The notes beneath the pieces were generated by a model. That model made no database searches, was not told where the DNA came from, and saw only the letters and a list, made by a program, of their open reading frames with translations. DNA of 64,000 bases, taken from Blastocatellia bacterium (lineage in GTDB: Bacteria; Acidobacteriota; Blastocatellia; UBA7656). This document shows positions 13,548 to 23,964 of the stretch, in pieces. The DNA lies in the NCBI GenBank assembly GCA_963765495.1, contig CAVXWP010000007.1, positions 608,001 through 672,000 of the forward strand. The letters are read 5' to 3'. Each line of letters begins with the position of its first letter. The stretch's first letter is position 1. Both the position numbers and the translations under genes were made by a program.

Positions 13548-14975
13548 ATGATCGGTTCAATTGTTAATCACCCGCTTTTTGGGCGCGGGCGGGTGCTTGA
13601 GATGCGCAATGCCGCGCGGGAGGCTGTCGTGCGCTTCGACAACCGAATCCGCGCGGTAGTACAGACAAACATGCTTTCGGTCTTAGAGCAGGCGCAGCCG
13701 CGAGCCGCCTCATATTCCCCGCGCCCGTCGCCGCCAGAGCGCGTTGAGGTTGTGCTTACACCCGAAGAGATGGATCAGCTTAAGGCTCGACGCACAATCG
13801 AGGCTCTACGCTACGGCGTTGTGCCAGGCGAACGCATACGCGAGCTTAGCGTTGGGCTTGAGAAGGAGCGAGAAAGCCTTCATCGCGCATTCGATGAAGT
13901 CGAGCGTGCTGGCGGCGACGTCCGCGTAATCATCGGCGAATACGGCGCGGGCAAGAGCCACTTCTTTGAGATGTCGGCGCAGGAAGCGCTTGAGCGAAAC
14001 TTCCTGGTAGCCAGCGCCAGCCTTGATATACGCGAGGTTCCTCCGAATCGCCCCCAGCGCATTTATAACGCGCTGATTCGTTCGCTGCGGTATCCAGACT
14101 CCGAGGAAACCGGCACGCTGGTTCCTCTCTTTGATCGCGTCCTTAGCGAGCCTGCGCTTTCCGCCTCACTTATGGAAAGGTTGCACGGCACAGCCTTTGG
14201 CACGGTGCTCTACAATTACTCTCTGATGCGCTCTTCGCCCGGCGAAGAGCTTGACCTGCTGCTCGATTGGATTTCAGGCGAGAAAGTATACATCAAGTCG
14301 GTGCGAGATTCGCTTGCGGTTAAGAGTAAAGATTTCCCCGTGCGCGCTCTATCAATGATGACCACGTCCGCCGACCAGTATTGCTATCTGCTTAACGGGT
14401 GGGGATGGCTGGCATCAAGAGTGGGATACGCCGGACTGGCCGTCTTTCTCGACGAGTCAGAACATTACAGCCTGCTTAACCAGCGCGGACAGGAGCGCGC
14501 GGACAACTTTTTTAAAGCGATGATCTACACGGCTATGGCTTCACGCCCCGATTGCCGTTTGAGCGAGAGCGACCTGACCCATCAGCAGCGCGAACATCCG
14601 TTTCGTTTCTCCGACCGAAGCGAGTTGCTCTTGATGTTTGCGGTCACGCCCGCAGCCAGCACGTTCGACTACCGCCGGTGGTTGGATGAAGATCAGCTAT
14701 TGACACTCAACGGCCATTTGCCTGCGGATGAGATAGATAAGCTGATGGCGCAAATTCATGCGCTGCATCGCCAGGCGTACTCTTATGAGCAGAATATATC
14801 GCACCTTGAGATATCTCAAAGCGTCCGGGATTGTCTGGATAGAAGACTCATCAACCTTCGCCAGACGATTCGCCTCACCACAGAAATTTATGACCTCTGC
14901 TACGCTTATCCTGATTACAGCGCATCGCAAGCAGCCGAAGATATACGCCGCAGCTTGATAGGAATTGCCTTATAG
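13548..14975 (+). CDS. BrxD/DUF2791-type P-loop ATPase (copy 2) with an N-terminal Tudor-like module
   Basis: IEALRYGVVP...LSVGLEKE (BrxD-like), Walker A IIGEYGAGKSH, Walker B GLAVFLDESE; N-terminal VNHPLFGRGRV...VVRFD. Confidence 0.82.
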   Translation: MIGSIVNHPLFGRGRVLEMRNAAREAVVRFDNRIRAVVQTNMLSVLEQAQPRAASYSPRPSPPERVEVVLTPEEMDQLKARRTIEALRYGVVPGERIRELSVGLEKERESLHRAFDEVERAGGDVRVIIGEYGAGKSHFFEMSAQEALERNFLVASASLDIREVPPNRPQRIYNALIRSLRYPDSEETGTLVPLFDRVLSEPALSASLMERLHGTAFGTVLYNYSLMRSSPGEELDLLLDWISGEKVYIKSVRDSLAVKSKDFPVRALSMMTTSADQYCYLLNGWGWLASRVGYAGLAVFLDESEHYSLLNQRGQERADNFFKAMIYTAMASRPDCRLSESDLTHQQREHPFRFSDRSELLLMFAVTPAASTFDYRRWLDEDQLLTLNGHLPADEIDKLMAQIHALHRQAYSYEQNISHLEISQSVRDCLDRRLINLRQTIRLTTEIYDLCYAYPDYSASQAAEDIRRSLIGIAL

Positions 14976-15074
14976 GGTTTGAGACCCGAGACGAAAGGCC
15001 GGGGGCAGGGAGTTTAAATTCACGTCCCTGCAAGCCTGGATTATAGCTGCAACTGTCGACCTCGGATTTCGGTC

Positions 15075-15117
15075 CTGAACTCTTAAGCTGAACCCTTAAG
15101 CTGAACCCTTAAGCTGA
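15075..15117 (+). repeat. 13-bp tandem repeat, about 3.3 copies, just upstream of the helicase start
   Basis: CTGAACTCTTAAG CTGAACCCTTAAG CTGAACCCTTAAG CTGA, 6 nt before ATG 15124. Confidence 0.9.
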
Positions 15118-15123
15118 GTTTTT

Positions 15124-17217
15124 ATGCCTGATCTCAAGAACAAGCTGCCGCACACCTGGGAGGCGCTGCTGGCCCGCTTTGGCCGCTTTACCGAAATACA
15201 GGCTCTCGCGATAGAACCGCTTCTTGCGGGAAACAATTGCATCCTGATTTCAGCTACTGCGAGCGGCAAGACGGAGGCGGCGCTCGCGCCTATACTTGAG
15301 CGGCACAAACAAAACATCGACCGAAATCGCGCCTACGACTCTTGTCTTAATATCGTTTACATAGTTCCCACGCGCGCGCTCACGCGGGATCTGGCCCGGC
15401 GTCTCGAACAACCCCTTGATAGAATCGCCGTGTCTATGCGTGTAAAAACCGGCGATGAGCCTGCGCTCAATCGCCGCCGCCCTCCCGAATTGTTGCTTAC
15501 CACTCCTGAATCGCTCGATTCGTTGCTTGCAAACTCACCGCGAATGCTCAAAGACGTGAGTACAGTCATTCTTGATGAGATTCATCTATGCGACAATACC
15601 CCGCGCGGCGATCAGTTGCGCATACTCCTGAATCGCCTGCGAAGAATAAAGCGCTATGCGCTTGCGCGCGGGGACGTAGGAAATGATCGGATGCAGTTTT
15701 GCGCGCTTTCAGCCACGGTGGATGATCCTCAAAGCGTGGCGTCTCGTTATTTTGCGGATCCGATTATCGTCAAAGCCGGCGGTCGGCGCGATCTCGATGC
15801 CGAGTTGATCGCTATGGAAAGCATAGATTCACTCCGGCTGCTATTGGCTGATCTCAAGCGCCGGGCCTTTAAGAAGGTCCTCGCCTTTTGCAATCGCCGA
15901 GCGGAGTGTGAAGAACTGGCGCACGTGTTTGGCCAGGGCTCTGTGTTTGGCAATCGCGTGTTTGTGCATCACGCAAGCCTGGATGCGCGACTTCGGCGCA
16001 GGGCAGAGAAAGAGTTTGCGATATCGGATGCTGCACTATGCTTTACCACTTCGACGCTTGAGCTTGGGATAGACATAGGCGATGTTGATCTGGTTATTCT
16101 CATAGGACCCCCGGAAAACACAAGCGCATTCTTGCAGCGCATAGGCCGTGGCAATCGCCGCACATCTCGCGCGGCGGTGGTTTGCTTTTACCGCACTGCG
16201 ATGGAGCGAGCGATATTTCATGCATTCATACGCGCAGCCGAGTCGGGTGATGTTGAATCGAATCCCTACTATTTCCGCCCTTCGGTTGTAGTGCAACAAC
16301 TTTGCTCCTATGTAAAGCAGACGCATCTGGGAGAGATCGATCCTGACAGCGCCTACGAGTTGTTCGCGTCACCTCAAGGCGGTCCGCTCATCGCTAGAGA
16401 CTTATATGATCAGATCATAGATCACCTGCTTACAAAAGCCTATTTCGTCCCGGCGCGCGGAAACTCTCTCAGGCCCGGTCCAAAGTGGAAAGAGCTAAAC
16501 GAGCAACGCGCAATTTATACAAATCTAACCGATGCGAATCCCGGTTCGTTTGATATTGTAGATGAGCTTACAGGGCGTAAGTTAGGTGAGGTGGACCGGG
16601 GAGCCGTCCGTGAGGACACGTTTTTATTTGGCGGCAAGACGCGGCAGGCTATAGGGCTTAAAGGGAATAGGTTGGTAGTGCGTCCAGTGGAAGATGAAAC
16701 AGCCGCCGCCGCGCCCAGGTTTCGCACGCCCTGGCGTCCTTTGACGCACAAACTGGCCAGGGCTATTGCCGCAGAATTGGGTGTGCCTCAAGCCCCTTCC
16801 GCCTCCGAGATAGTGATGGTAGTTGGCAAGGACGATAGTCAGGTTGATGGTCGGTCCGTGACTGAGCGTGGACAAGGTGAGACAGCCTGGGTCTTCCATT
16901 GTGCGGGGGATACTTATGGAGTGGTACTTGGCGATTTATTAGAGGTTTCATACGGGGTGAAACTGAAAGAGTACAATGGGCTTTATCTGGTATTGGGGGG
17001 AAGGCTGACAGCCAACCTGGTCTCATTCAGCGTCGAGCAGGTTCGTGCACGACTCCGGCGCAGGTGGAATCAATTTGAGAGATGGTTTGACATGGGCCGC
17101 TTTCAAAGCCATCTACCGTTAGCAGTTCGCCGCGCAAGCGTAATAGAGGCTTTTAATATAGAAGAGTTCTTGCGCGTCTTCTCAGGGCGCAAAGTGGTTG
17201 AAGTCCATAGGCGATAG
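15124..17217 (+). CDS. Lhr/BrxHI-like SF2 DEAD/DEAH-box helicase
   Basis: Q motif FTEIQ, motif I ATASGKTEA, Ia VPTRAL, Ib TTPESL, II DEIH, III LSAT, IV FCNRR, HHASL, V TSTLELGIDIG, VI QRIGRGNR. Confidence 0.9.
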   Translation: MPDLKNKLPHTWEALLARFGRFTEIQALAIEPLLAGNNCILISATASGKTEAALAPILERHKQNIDRNRAYDSCLNIVYIVPTRALTRDLARRLEQPLDRIAVSMRVKTGDEPALNRRRPPELLLTTPESLDSLLANSPRMLKDVSTVILDEIHLCDNTPRGDQLRILLNRLRRIKRYALARGDVGNDRMQFCALSATVDDPQSVASRYFADPIIVKAGGRRDLDAELIAMESIDSLRLLLADLKRRAFKKVLAFCNRRAECEELAHVFGQGSVFGNRVFVHHASLDARLRRRAEKEFAISDAALCFTTSTLELGIDIGDVDLVILIGPPENTSAFLQRIGRGNRRTSRAAVVCFYRTAMERAIFHAFIRAAESGDVESNPYYFRPSVVVQQLCSYVKQTHLGEIDPDSAYELFASPQGGPLIARDLYDQIIDHLLTKAYFVPARGNSLRPGPKWKELNEQRAIYTNLTDANPGSFDIVDELTGRKLGEVDRGAVREDTFLFGGKTRQAIGLKGNRLVVRPVEDETAAAAPRFRTPWRPLTHKLARAIAAELGVPQAPSASEIVMVVGKDDSQVDGRSVTERGQGETAWVFHCAGDTYGVVLGDLLEVSYGVKLKEYNGLYLVLGGRLTANLVSFSVEQVRARLRRRWNQFERWFDMGRFQSHLPLAVRRASVIEAFNIEEFLRVFSGRKVVEVHRR

Positions 17218-17336
17218 ATGAACTGCTGACATTAGATCTGATAGACGCGCAAGAACTCTTTTAACGCCGCTCGGAACTCAGATTCATTTGTACCAATCTC
17301 TTGCGGAGTGATTTAGCAAACGAAAGGAAAAAATAC

Positions 17337-17726
17337 ATGAGTAATCTCAATGCGGTTCAAGATGTCTATAAGGCATTTGCTGAAGGCGACATTCCCAGAG
17401 TGCTGGGATTTTTAAGCCCCGGTATTGCCTGGACAGAAGCCGAGGGATTCCCCTACGGCGGGACGTACAACGGTCCCGAAGCCGTGCTTGAAGGTGTGTT
17501 TATGCGGTTGGGAACCGAGTGGGATGGTTTTGCCGCCGTGCCTGATGAGTTCATTGACGGTGGAGATACCATCGTCGTGTTGGGGAAATACAGCGGCACG
17601 TACAAGGCTACGGGCAAGAGCTTTCAAGCAAATTTTGCGCACGTATGGACTATACAAGAGGGGAAATCGATCAGGTTTGTGCAGTATGCGGATACGCTGT
17701 TGGTGCAAAGAGCGTTACAAGCATAA
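17337..17726 (+). CDS. SnoaL/NTF2-like protein
   Basis: YKAFAEGD, WTEAEGFPYGGTYNG, FAHVW, QYADT. Confidence 0.85.
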   Translation: MSNLNAVQDVYKAFAEGDIPRVLGFLSPGIAWTEAEGFPYGGTYNGPEAVLEGVFMRLGTEWDGFAAVPDEFIDGGDTIVVLGKYSGTYKATGKSFQANFAHVWTIQEGKSIRFVQYADTLLVQRALQA

Positions 17727-17743
17727 AAGCAGGCGTCACGCTT

Positions 17744-17842
17744 ATGGGAGAATGTAAGAATAGATTGCTCCGCGCGCTGACACTGACGGATGCGATCGCG
17801 ATCGTCGTTGGCACGGTGATCGGGACGGGCATCTTCCTGAAG
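17744..17842 (+). pseudogene. N-terminal fragment of an APC-family amino acid permease
   Basis: LLRALTLTDAIAIVVGTVIGTGIFLK is the APC TM1 signature; similarity ends abruptly just before the 3' end of the convergent GMC gene. Confidence 0.65.
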
Positions 17843-17864
17843 GATGGGCGACGCAGCGGGCAGT

Positions 17865-19550
17865 CTACAGATTGCCGCGTTTTAGCTCCTTCACTGCGTA
17901 ATCACATGCCCGCGCCGTCAGTGCCATGTAAGTGAGCGAGGGGTTCTGACAGGCCGTAGAAACCATGCAGGAGCCATCCGTCACAAACACATTGAGCGCG
18001 TCGTGGCATTGGTTGAATCGGTTCAACACAGAAGTCTTAGGGTCATTGCCCATCCGAGCCGTTCCCATCTCGTGAATGCAGCCGCCGGGTACCGGCTCTA
18101 AAGGCAAAGGCTGAATATTCTTCAACCCGCCTACGGCAAGCATCTCTTCGGCAGATGCCTGCATGTCTTTGCGCATGGCCAGTTCGTTTTCGCCGTACTC
18201 GATATCAAGGTTGAGCGTCGGCAGTCCCCATTGATCCTTCTTGTCCCGGTTCAGCGTCACGCGATTCTTATCATCAGGCAAACACTCGCCGTAACCTACC
18301 AGCAGCATAGACCAGCTGCCGGGTCGCACCATCTCGCTCTTGAAATCCGCACCCATCCCCTGCCGGTAGAATCCCCGCTGCCAGTTCTCCCTTCCCGAAT
18401 AGGCTTCAAAGGCGAACCCGCGCAGGTAATCGGTTCGCTTCTCTGCGATATTCCTGAAACGCGGAATATACATGCCGTTCGGCTTGCGACCGCGATAATA
18501 CTTATCCTCGAAGCCGTCATAATTGCCCATCGCGCCGCCGGTCTCCTGATGATCCATGAGGTAATGACCGAGCACGCCACTCGAATTGGCAAAGCCATTC
18601 GGAAAATGCGCCGAGGTCGAGTTCAACAGAATCAAAGTCGTGTTCAGCGTTCCGGCATTCAGGAAGATGATGCGGGCGAAATACTCATACGTCTTTTTCG
18701 TTTCGGCATCAATGACGCGCACGCCGACCGCGCGTTTTTTGTCGGCGTCATAAATCAGGCTGTGCACGATTGAAAAAGGGCGTAGCGTCAGATTGCCGGT
18801 CTTTGCCGCCGCAGGCAACGTCGATGAGTTGCTACTGAAATATGCACCATAAGGACAGCCCCGCGCGCACATGTTGCGCGACTGGCAGCGGCCTCTGCCC
18901 TTGTGGGGGCGCGTCAACACCGCTACGCGAGCGACGATCATGCGGCGGTCGCTGTAGTGACTGGCGATGCGCTGCTTTACGTGACGTTCAAGACAATTCA
19001 TCTCCAGAGGCGGCAGCAGGATTTGATCGGGCAGTTGCGCGAGACCGGCATTTTCGCCGCTGACGCCGACGAACTCTTCGACGTGGTCGTACCACGGCGC
19101 GATGTCGCGGTAGCGTATGGGCCAGTCAATCGCTATGCCTTCTTTGGCATTGGCCTCAAAGTCGAGGTCGCTCAAGCGGAAACAGTGGCGCGACCACATC
19201 AGCGACTTGCCGCCGGTCTGGTAGCCGCGCATCCAGTTGAACGGCTTGATCTGATTATAAGGATGATCCGTGTCTTTAACGAAGAAATGCTTGGTGTCCT
19301 GTTTAAAGTTATAAACCTTCTTCTGGATGAAATACTCATCTTGATCCTTGAGGCTCAGTTCGTTAGCATACGGCAGATCCCATGGATCTTTATTGGCGGT
19401 CGGGTAGTCCTTGATGTGTTCGACGTGTCGACCTCGTTCGAGAACTAAAGTCTTCAGCCCTTTTTCGGTCAGTTCCTTGGCTGCCCAGCCGCCCGACATG
19501 CCTGAGCCGACAACGATAGCGTCATAGGTATGAGATTCTTTTGCCGACAT
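17865..19550 (-). CDS. GMC family oxidoreductase (glycoside 3-dehydrogenase-like flavoprotein)
   Basis: VVGSGMSGG FAD motif, CQSRNMCARGC, HEMGTARMG, QNPSLTYMAL. Confidence 0.9.
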   Translation of the reverse strand: MSAKESHTYDAIVVGSGMSGGWAAKELTEKGLKTLVLERGRHVEHIKDYPTANKDPWDLPYANELSLKDQDEYFIQKKVYNFKQDTKHFFVKDTDHPYNQIKPFNWMRGYQTGGKSLMWSRHCFRLSDLDFEANAKEGIAIDWPIRYRDIAPWYDHVEEFVGVSGENAGLAQLPDQILLPPLEMNCLERHVKQRIASHYSDRRMIVARVAVLTRPHKGRGRCQSRNMCARGCPYGAYFSSNSSTLPAAAKTGNLTLRPFSIVHSLIYDADKKRAVGVRVIDAETKKTYEYFARIIFLNAGTLNTTLILLNSTSAHFPNGFANSSGVLGHYLMDHQETGGAMGNYDGFEDKYYRGRKPNGMYIPRFRNIAEKRTDYLRGFAFEAYSGRENWQRGFYRQGMGADFKSEMVRPGSWSMLLVGYGECLPDDKNRVTLNRDKKDQWGLPTLNLDIEYGENELAMRKDMQASAEEMLAVGGLKNIQPLPLEPVPGGCIHEMGTARMGNDPKTSVLNRFNQCHDALNVFVTDGSCMVSTACQNPSLTYMALTARACDYAVKELKRGNL

Positions 19551-19575
19551 TGATAAACGCGCCTCCGACTCGTGG

Positions 19576-20160
19576 TTAAATGAATGGCATTGCGTCTGCT
19601 TTTTGCCCGGGCTGCAGTTGTGTGCAACCTTCAAAAGGGCCGGGCGACCGCACGTAGGTAGCGGCTTTCGTCGCGCCCGGCTGCGAAGAGAAAAAGCCCA
19701 TCAGCGTCAGGTTCTTCAACATCCGAATGAAGGACTGTTCTGCGGCTTCACCTCGGTCCCAGCTTTCCTTCTCTATCTGTTTGAGCAAGCTGAGTCGCTC
19801 GTCCGCCGACAGATTGAGAAAGGGTTGGCGCAACTGTTTCCGGCTAATCGCGTCGAGGTCGTCCAAACCTTTGAGAAAGAGCTCCTGCTGCGCTTTGGGA
19901 TAACAATCTTTGACATATAGATCAACGAAGACGTGTGTAAGCGCCTCTTTTGCGCCGGGCGTGTCAGTCGCGGGAATAATGACTTCGACCAGTTCCTGAA
20001 GCAACGCCGCCTGTTGTGCCGACAATAGGCGCGGCTGCCACACCCTTTCCCCCGCCTTGATCGAGGCAGCGGTTTGTAAAAAGTCGGCAACCACACCAGC
20101 GGCCAGCAAATTTCCCCCGACCAGCAACCCTAGTCCTTTGAGCGAGTCTCTTCTATTCAT
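19576..20160 (-). CDS. Gluconate 2-dehydrogenase subunit 3 family protein (Tat)
   Basis: MNRRDSL, IIPATDTPGA, LTLMGFFSS. Confidence 0.85.
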   Translation of the reverse strand: MNRRDSLKGLGLLVGGNLLAAGVVADFLQTAASIKAGERVWQPRLLSAQQAALLQELVEVIIPATDTPGAKEALTHVFVDLYVKDCYPKAQQELFLKGLDDLDAISRKQLRQPFLNLSADERLSLLKQIEKESWDRGEAAEQSFIRMLKNLTLMGFFSSQPGATKAATYVRSPGPFEGCTQLQPGQKADAMPFI

Positions 20161-20269
20161 ATGAAAGCCCTCAAATCCTGTGCGCCGTTCGCGCCTCAAC
20201 TGACGAGAACATGGCAGCAAATAACTTGCTGTTCGGTTTAGAGATGGTTTCTAAACTTCCCGGATTCGC

Positions 20270-20857
20270 TCAATTCCCTCGCCGCCCGAAAAGACCTCCA
20301 GCCATTCTCAGTATGTCATCGAGCGAGGACCCGTCGTGGTTGCTGTCGAGCATACTCGTTAGAATGTCAGAAATAGGAGAATTAGAAGCGGTCTGTCTGG
20401 TTGCCCCTCCAAGCACTTCGGGCAGTGAATTCTCATCGATGTTGCCCTGTTGCCGCGATTGACCAACCGCGCCCATCACTATTGGCGCGAGCATCATCAG
20501 CAGCGAGGCCACGCGGCCAAGGTCCAGCCCGCTCGCCTGGCTCACGCCGTTTTGGGCCGTTCCCAGTTTGTCGCCAAATATGTGACCGAGAATTCCTGCG
20601 CCGGGACCAGCCTCGTAGCTTCCGAGGAACCCGCCGAGATCGTTAAGGATGCTTCCGTCGTGGTTTTTATCGAGCGCAGACAGCAGCGACGATGCCCCTT
20701 CGGGCGTCGAGCTGTTTTGCGTCAAGGCACTTAGTAACAACGGCAAGGCTGTTTGCACGGCATTAGATGTAGTCGCTTCGTCCGTGTCAAGTACCTGACT
20801 CATTTGATTGATCGTGTTGCCGTTGAGAGCTTGATTCAAGATTCCTTCGAGATTCAT
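20270..20857 (-). CDS. DUF937 family protein
   Basis: ALPLLLSAL, HDGSIL, GAGILGHIFG, LAPIVMG, LDSNHDGS. Confidence 0.8.
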   Translation of the reverse strand: MNLEGILNQALNGNTINQMSQVLDTDEATTSNAVQTALPLLLSALTQNSSTPEGASSLLSALDKNHDGSILNDLGGFLGSYEAGPGAGILGHIFGDKLGTAQNGVSQASGLDLGRVASLLMMLAPIVMGAVGQSRQQGNIDENSLPEVLGGATRQTASNSPISDILTSMLDSNHDGSSLDDILRMAGGLFGRRGN

Positions 20858-21365
20858 AATCTGTTCCTTTCTATCTGCTCTAACACACCTGCACGCGAGG
20901 CGCAGGCCGGGTCGGGAGTTCCAATCTTGCGCCGAATAAACGATTGCAAGATTATGCCTGGCAGCGAGAGTATAGACCCGTCGGGGTGGAATAAGCTACT
21001 CCTCGCGAGTCTCCGGGGTCGCTACCTCCACTCCACCTGAAAATCTGTACTAACACGGATGAAATGAATTGACCTCACCGGCACGCAAACAAGACAGAAC
21101 GGCCATAGAACCGGGTGGGAGAAGACAAACCATGATTCCGTATGTCAATCAACTCTCCCTGTCGGCTCTGTCTCTCGTTTACACATATCAACGACCCCAT
21201 TATAGCGTTTTGCAAATGGATGCAGCTTGTAGGGACAACCCGAATGAATACATTTTATTATGGTTGCCCGGATCGCCCGAGATGGCCTGAGATGTGCTTC
21301 GCACACGGCGGGCGATGACTGCCCTCGCGCTTACGACGGATTCGGGCAGGGACAAGCCCGCGCCG

Positions 21366-21425
21366 TGCGAAGCACCGTTTGCGCCAATCGCCCCCTACAG
21401 CTACACGCAATTGCAAACAGCTATA
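21366..21425 (+). repeat. Imperfect ~60-bp direct repeat, copy A (copy B at 23788-23847)
   Basis: TGCGAAGC..TGCGCCAATCGCCCC(C)TACA(G)GCTACA..CA.TTG.AAA..GCTATA at both positions. Confidence 0.7.
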
Positions 21426-21486
21426 GGAGTCACCAACGCGTGGCCTTTTCCTTTTGCGCGCTGCTCGTGCGCCGATTCACGCTTTC

Positions 21487-22413
21487 TTAAAATTCACGAT
21501 TGGTGCGAAACCTGGCGATGTCACGTTGTGGCGGCGCGCCGAAAAGCTTTTTGTACTCTCGGCTAAAGTAGGAGGGGTCCTCATAGCCCACACGGAACCC
21601 GGCGCTCGCTGCGTCCAGGTCTTCACCGAGCATCAGGCGACGTGCTTCCTGGAGTCTTATCTGTTTCTGAAACTGCAAAGGGCTCATCGCCGTGACGGAT
21701 TTGAAGTGATGATGAAAGCCGGAAACACTCATTCCGAGTTCACGCGCGATATTTTCAATTTTAAGTGGCTCATCGAAGTGTTCGCGAAGATGCCCGATTG
21801 CCTTGGAGATGCGGCGAGTGTCTCCTCCAGAAACCAGGAGATGGCTGAGCCGCGCGCCCTGTTCTTCTCTTAAAAGACGGTAGACAATCTCGCGAATGAT
21901 GAGCGGCGCAAGGGCATCTATCTCGTCCGGCGTGTCGAGGAGCCTGGCCAATCTGACAACCGCGTCAAGCAGATTGGCGTCAATCGAGCTAACATCCATC
22001 GCCTTGACGCCAGCGTCGCCCTTTCCAGGTTTGACGCCGGATTCCATCATGACTGAGGCGACCAAAGAAGCATTGAAATTTAACCGAAAGCTCAAATATG
22101 GTTGTTCCTTTGATGCTTCTACTACCTGGCTGACGATCGGCAAATCGACCGTAGAGATTAAATAGTGCCCCGGATCGTAGCGGAATACTTCCTCGCCTAA
22201 AAGCACCTGCTTGCTGCCCTGCGCAATGACGCAAAGGGCAGGCTTGAAGACGGAATGCAGCATCTCCGTCGGTTGAGATGAACGACCGAGGAAAAGGCCG
22301 GGAAATACCTCCGATATTCCGTCCTCGGGAACGGCGCGAGCCATCCGCTCGATCAGTTCCATCCTGTTGATTTCCATCCTTTGCTTCTCACGTTCTGCAT
22401 CCCTGTAGGTCAT
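21487..22413 (-). CDS. AraC family regulator, close paralog of 4183-5109
   Basis: Same length (308 aa) with long identical stretches such as ARELGMSVSGFHHHFKSVTAMSPLQFQKQIRLQEARRLMLGEDLDAASA. Confidence 0.92.
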   Translation of the reverse strand: MTYRDAEREKQRMEINRMELIERMARAVPEDGISEVFPGLFLGRSSQPTEMLHSVFKPALCVIAQGSKQVLLGEEVFRYDPGHYLISTVDLPIVSQVVEASKEQPYLSFRLNFNASLVASVMMESGVKPGKGDAGVKAMDVSSIDANLLDAVVRLARLLDTPDEIDALAPLIIREIVYRLLREEQGARLSHLLVSGGDTRRISKAIGHLREHFDEPLKIENIARELGMSVSGFHHHFKSVTAMSPLQFQKQIRLQEARRLMLGEDLDAASAGFRVGYEDPSYFSREYKKLFGAPPQRDIARFRTNREF

Positions 22414-22601
22414 AAATTCATATTAGCTTCTTTCTTGCCTGTCAGCACGCCGCACGCAGAGTTTTTGCAGAATTGTACAATTATTCGCGAGTATCCTCTT
22501 ATCTCCCTTTATCCCGGAGCTTTTATAATCAAACTCAAGCAGCAGGACGCAAAAAATGGCTGCTAACAAAACTAAAAGATATTTGGAGAAAGCTGAGGTA
22601 A

Positions 22602-23650
<1,049 letters not shown>

Positions 23651-23787
23651 TTAAGATAGGCGTGCTCTAAGGCATTGCCGCGGCCTTGCCTGGCTGTGTG
23701 TTTTATCTGGACCTGCCATGGTTTAGTGGGCGGTTTTTGACCTGATTATCAGGCGATCTTGTGCCCGCGCAGCAACCGTGACCGCTA

Positions 23788-23847
23788 TGCGAAGCGCATT
23801 ATGCGCCAATCGCCCCTACAGGCTACATCCATTTGAAAATCGCTATA
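23788..23847 (+). repeat. Imperfect ~60-bp direct repeat, copy B
   Basis: Matches 21366-21425. Confidence 0.7.
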
Positions 23848-23964
23848 AATGACGCTGATATACAACTAACTGATCTGCGTTATGAGCGCGGCCCGCATAG
23901 CACCGCTCCCAGAAATGGAGGTATAATACACAGCAGTAAATGAAAGCTGAGTGACTCTAGCTAT

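Noticed and set aside
11340-17217. Calling the operon a complete BREX or canonical Shango system
   Set aside because: No PglZ, PglX, PglW or BrxC genes are in the window, the first gene shows no TerB-like or TM features, and there are two ATPases rather than one.
20980-21120. Weak resemblance to the islet right-end region (GGATGAAA, AAAC.AGACA.AAC at 11035-11140)
   Set aside because: The matches are too short to distinguish from chance without an alignment.
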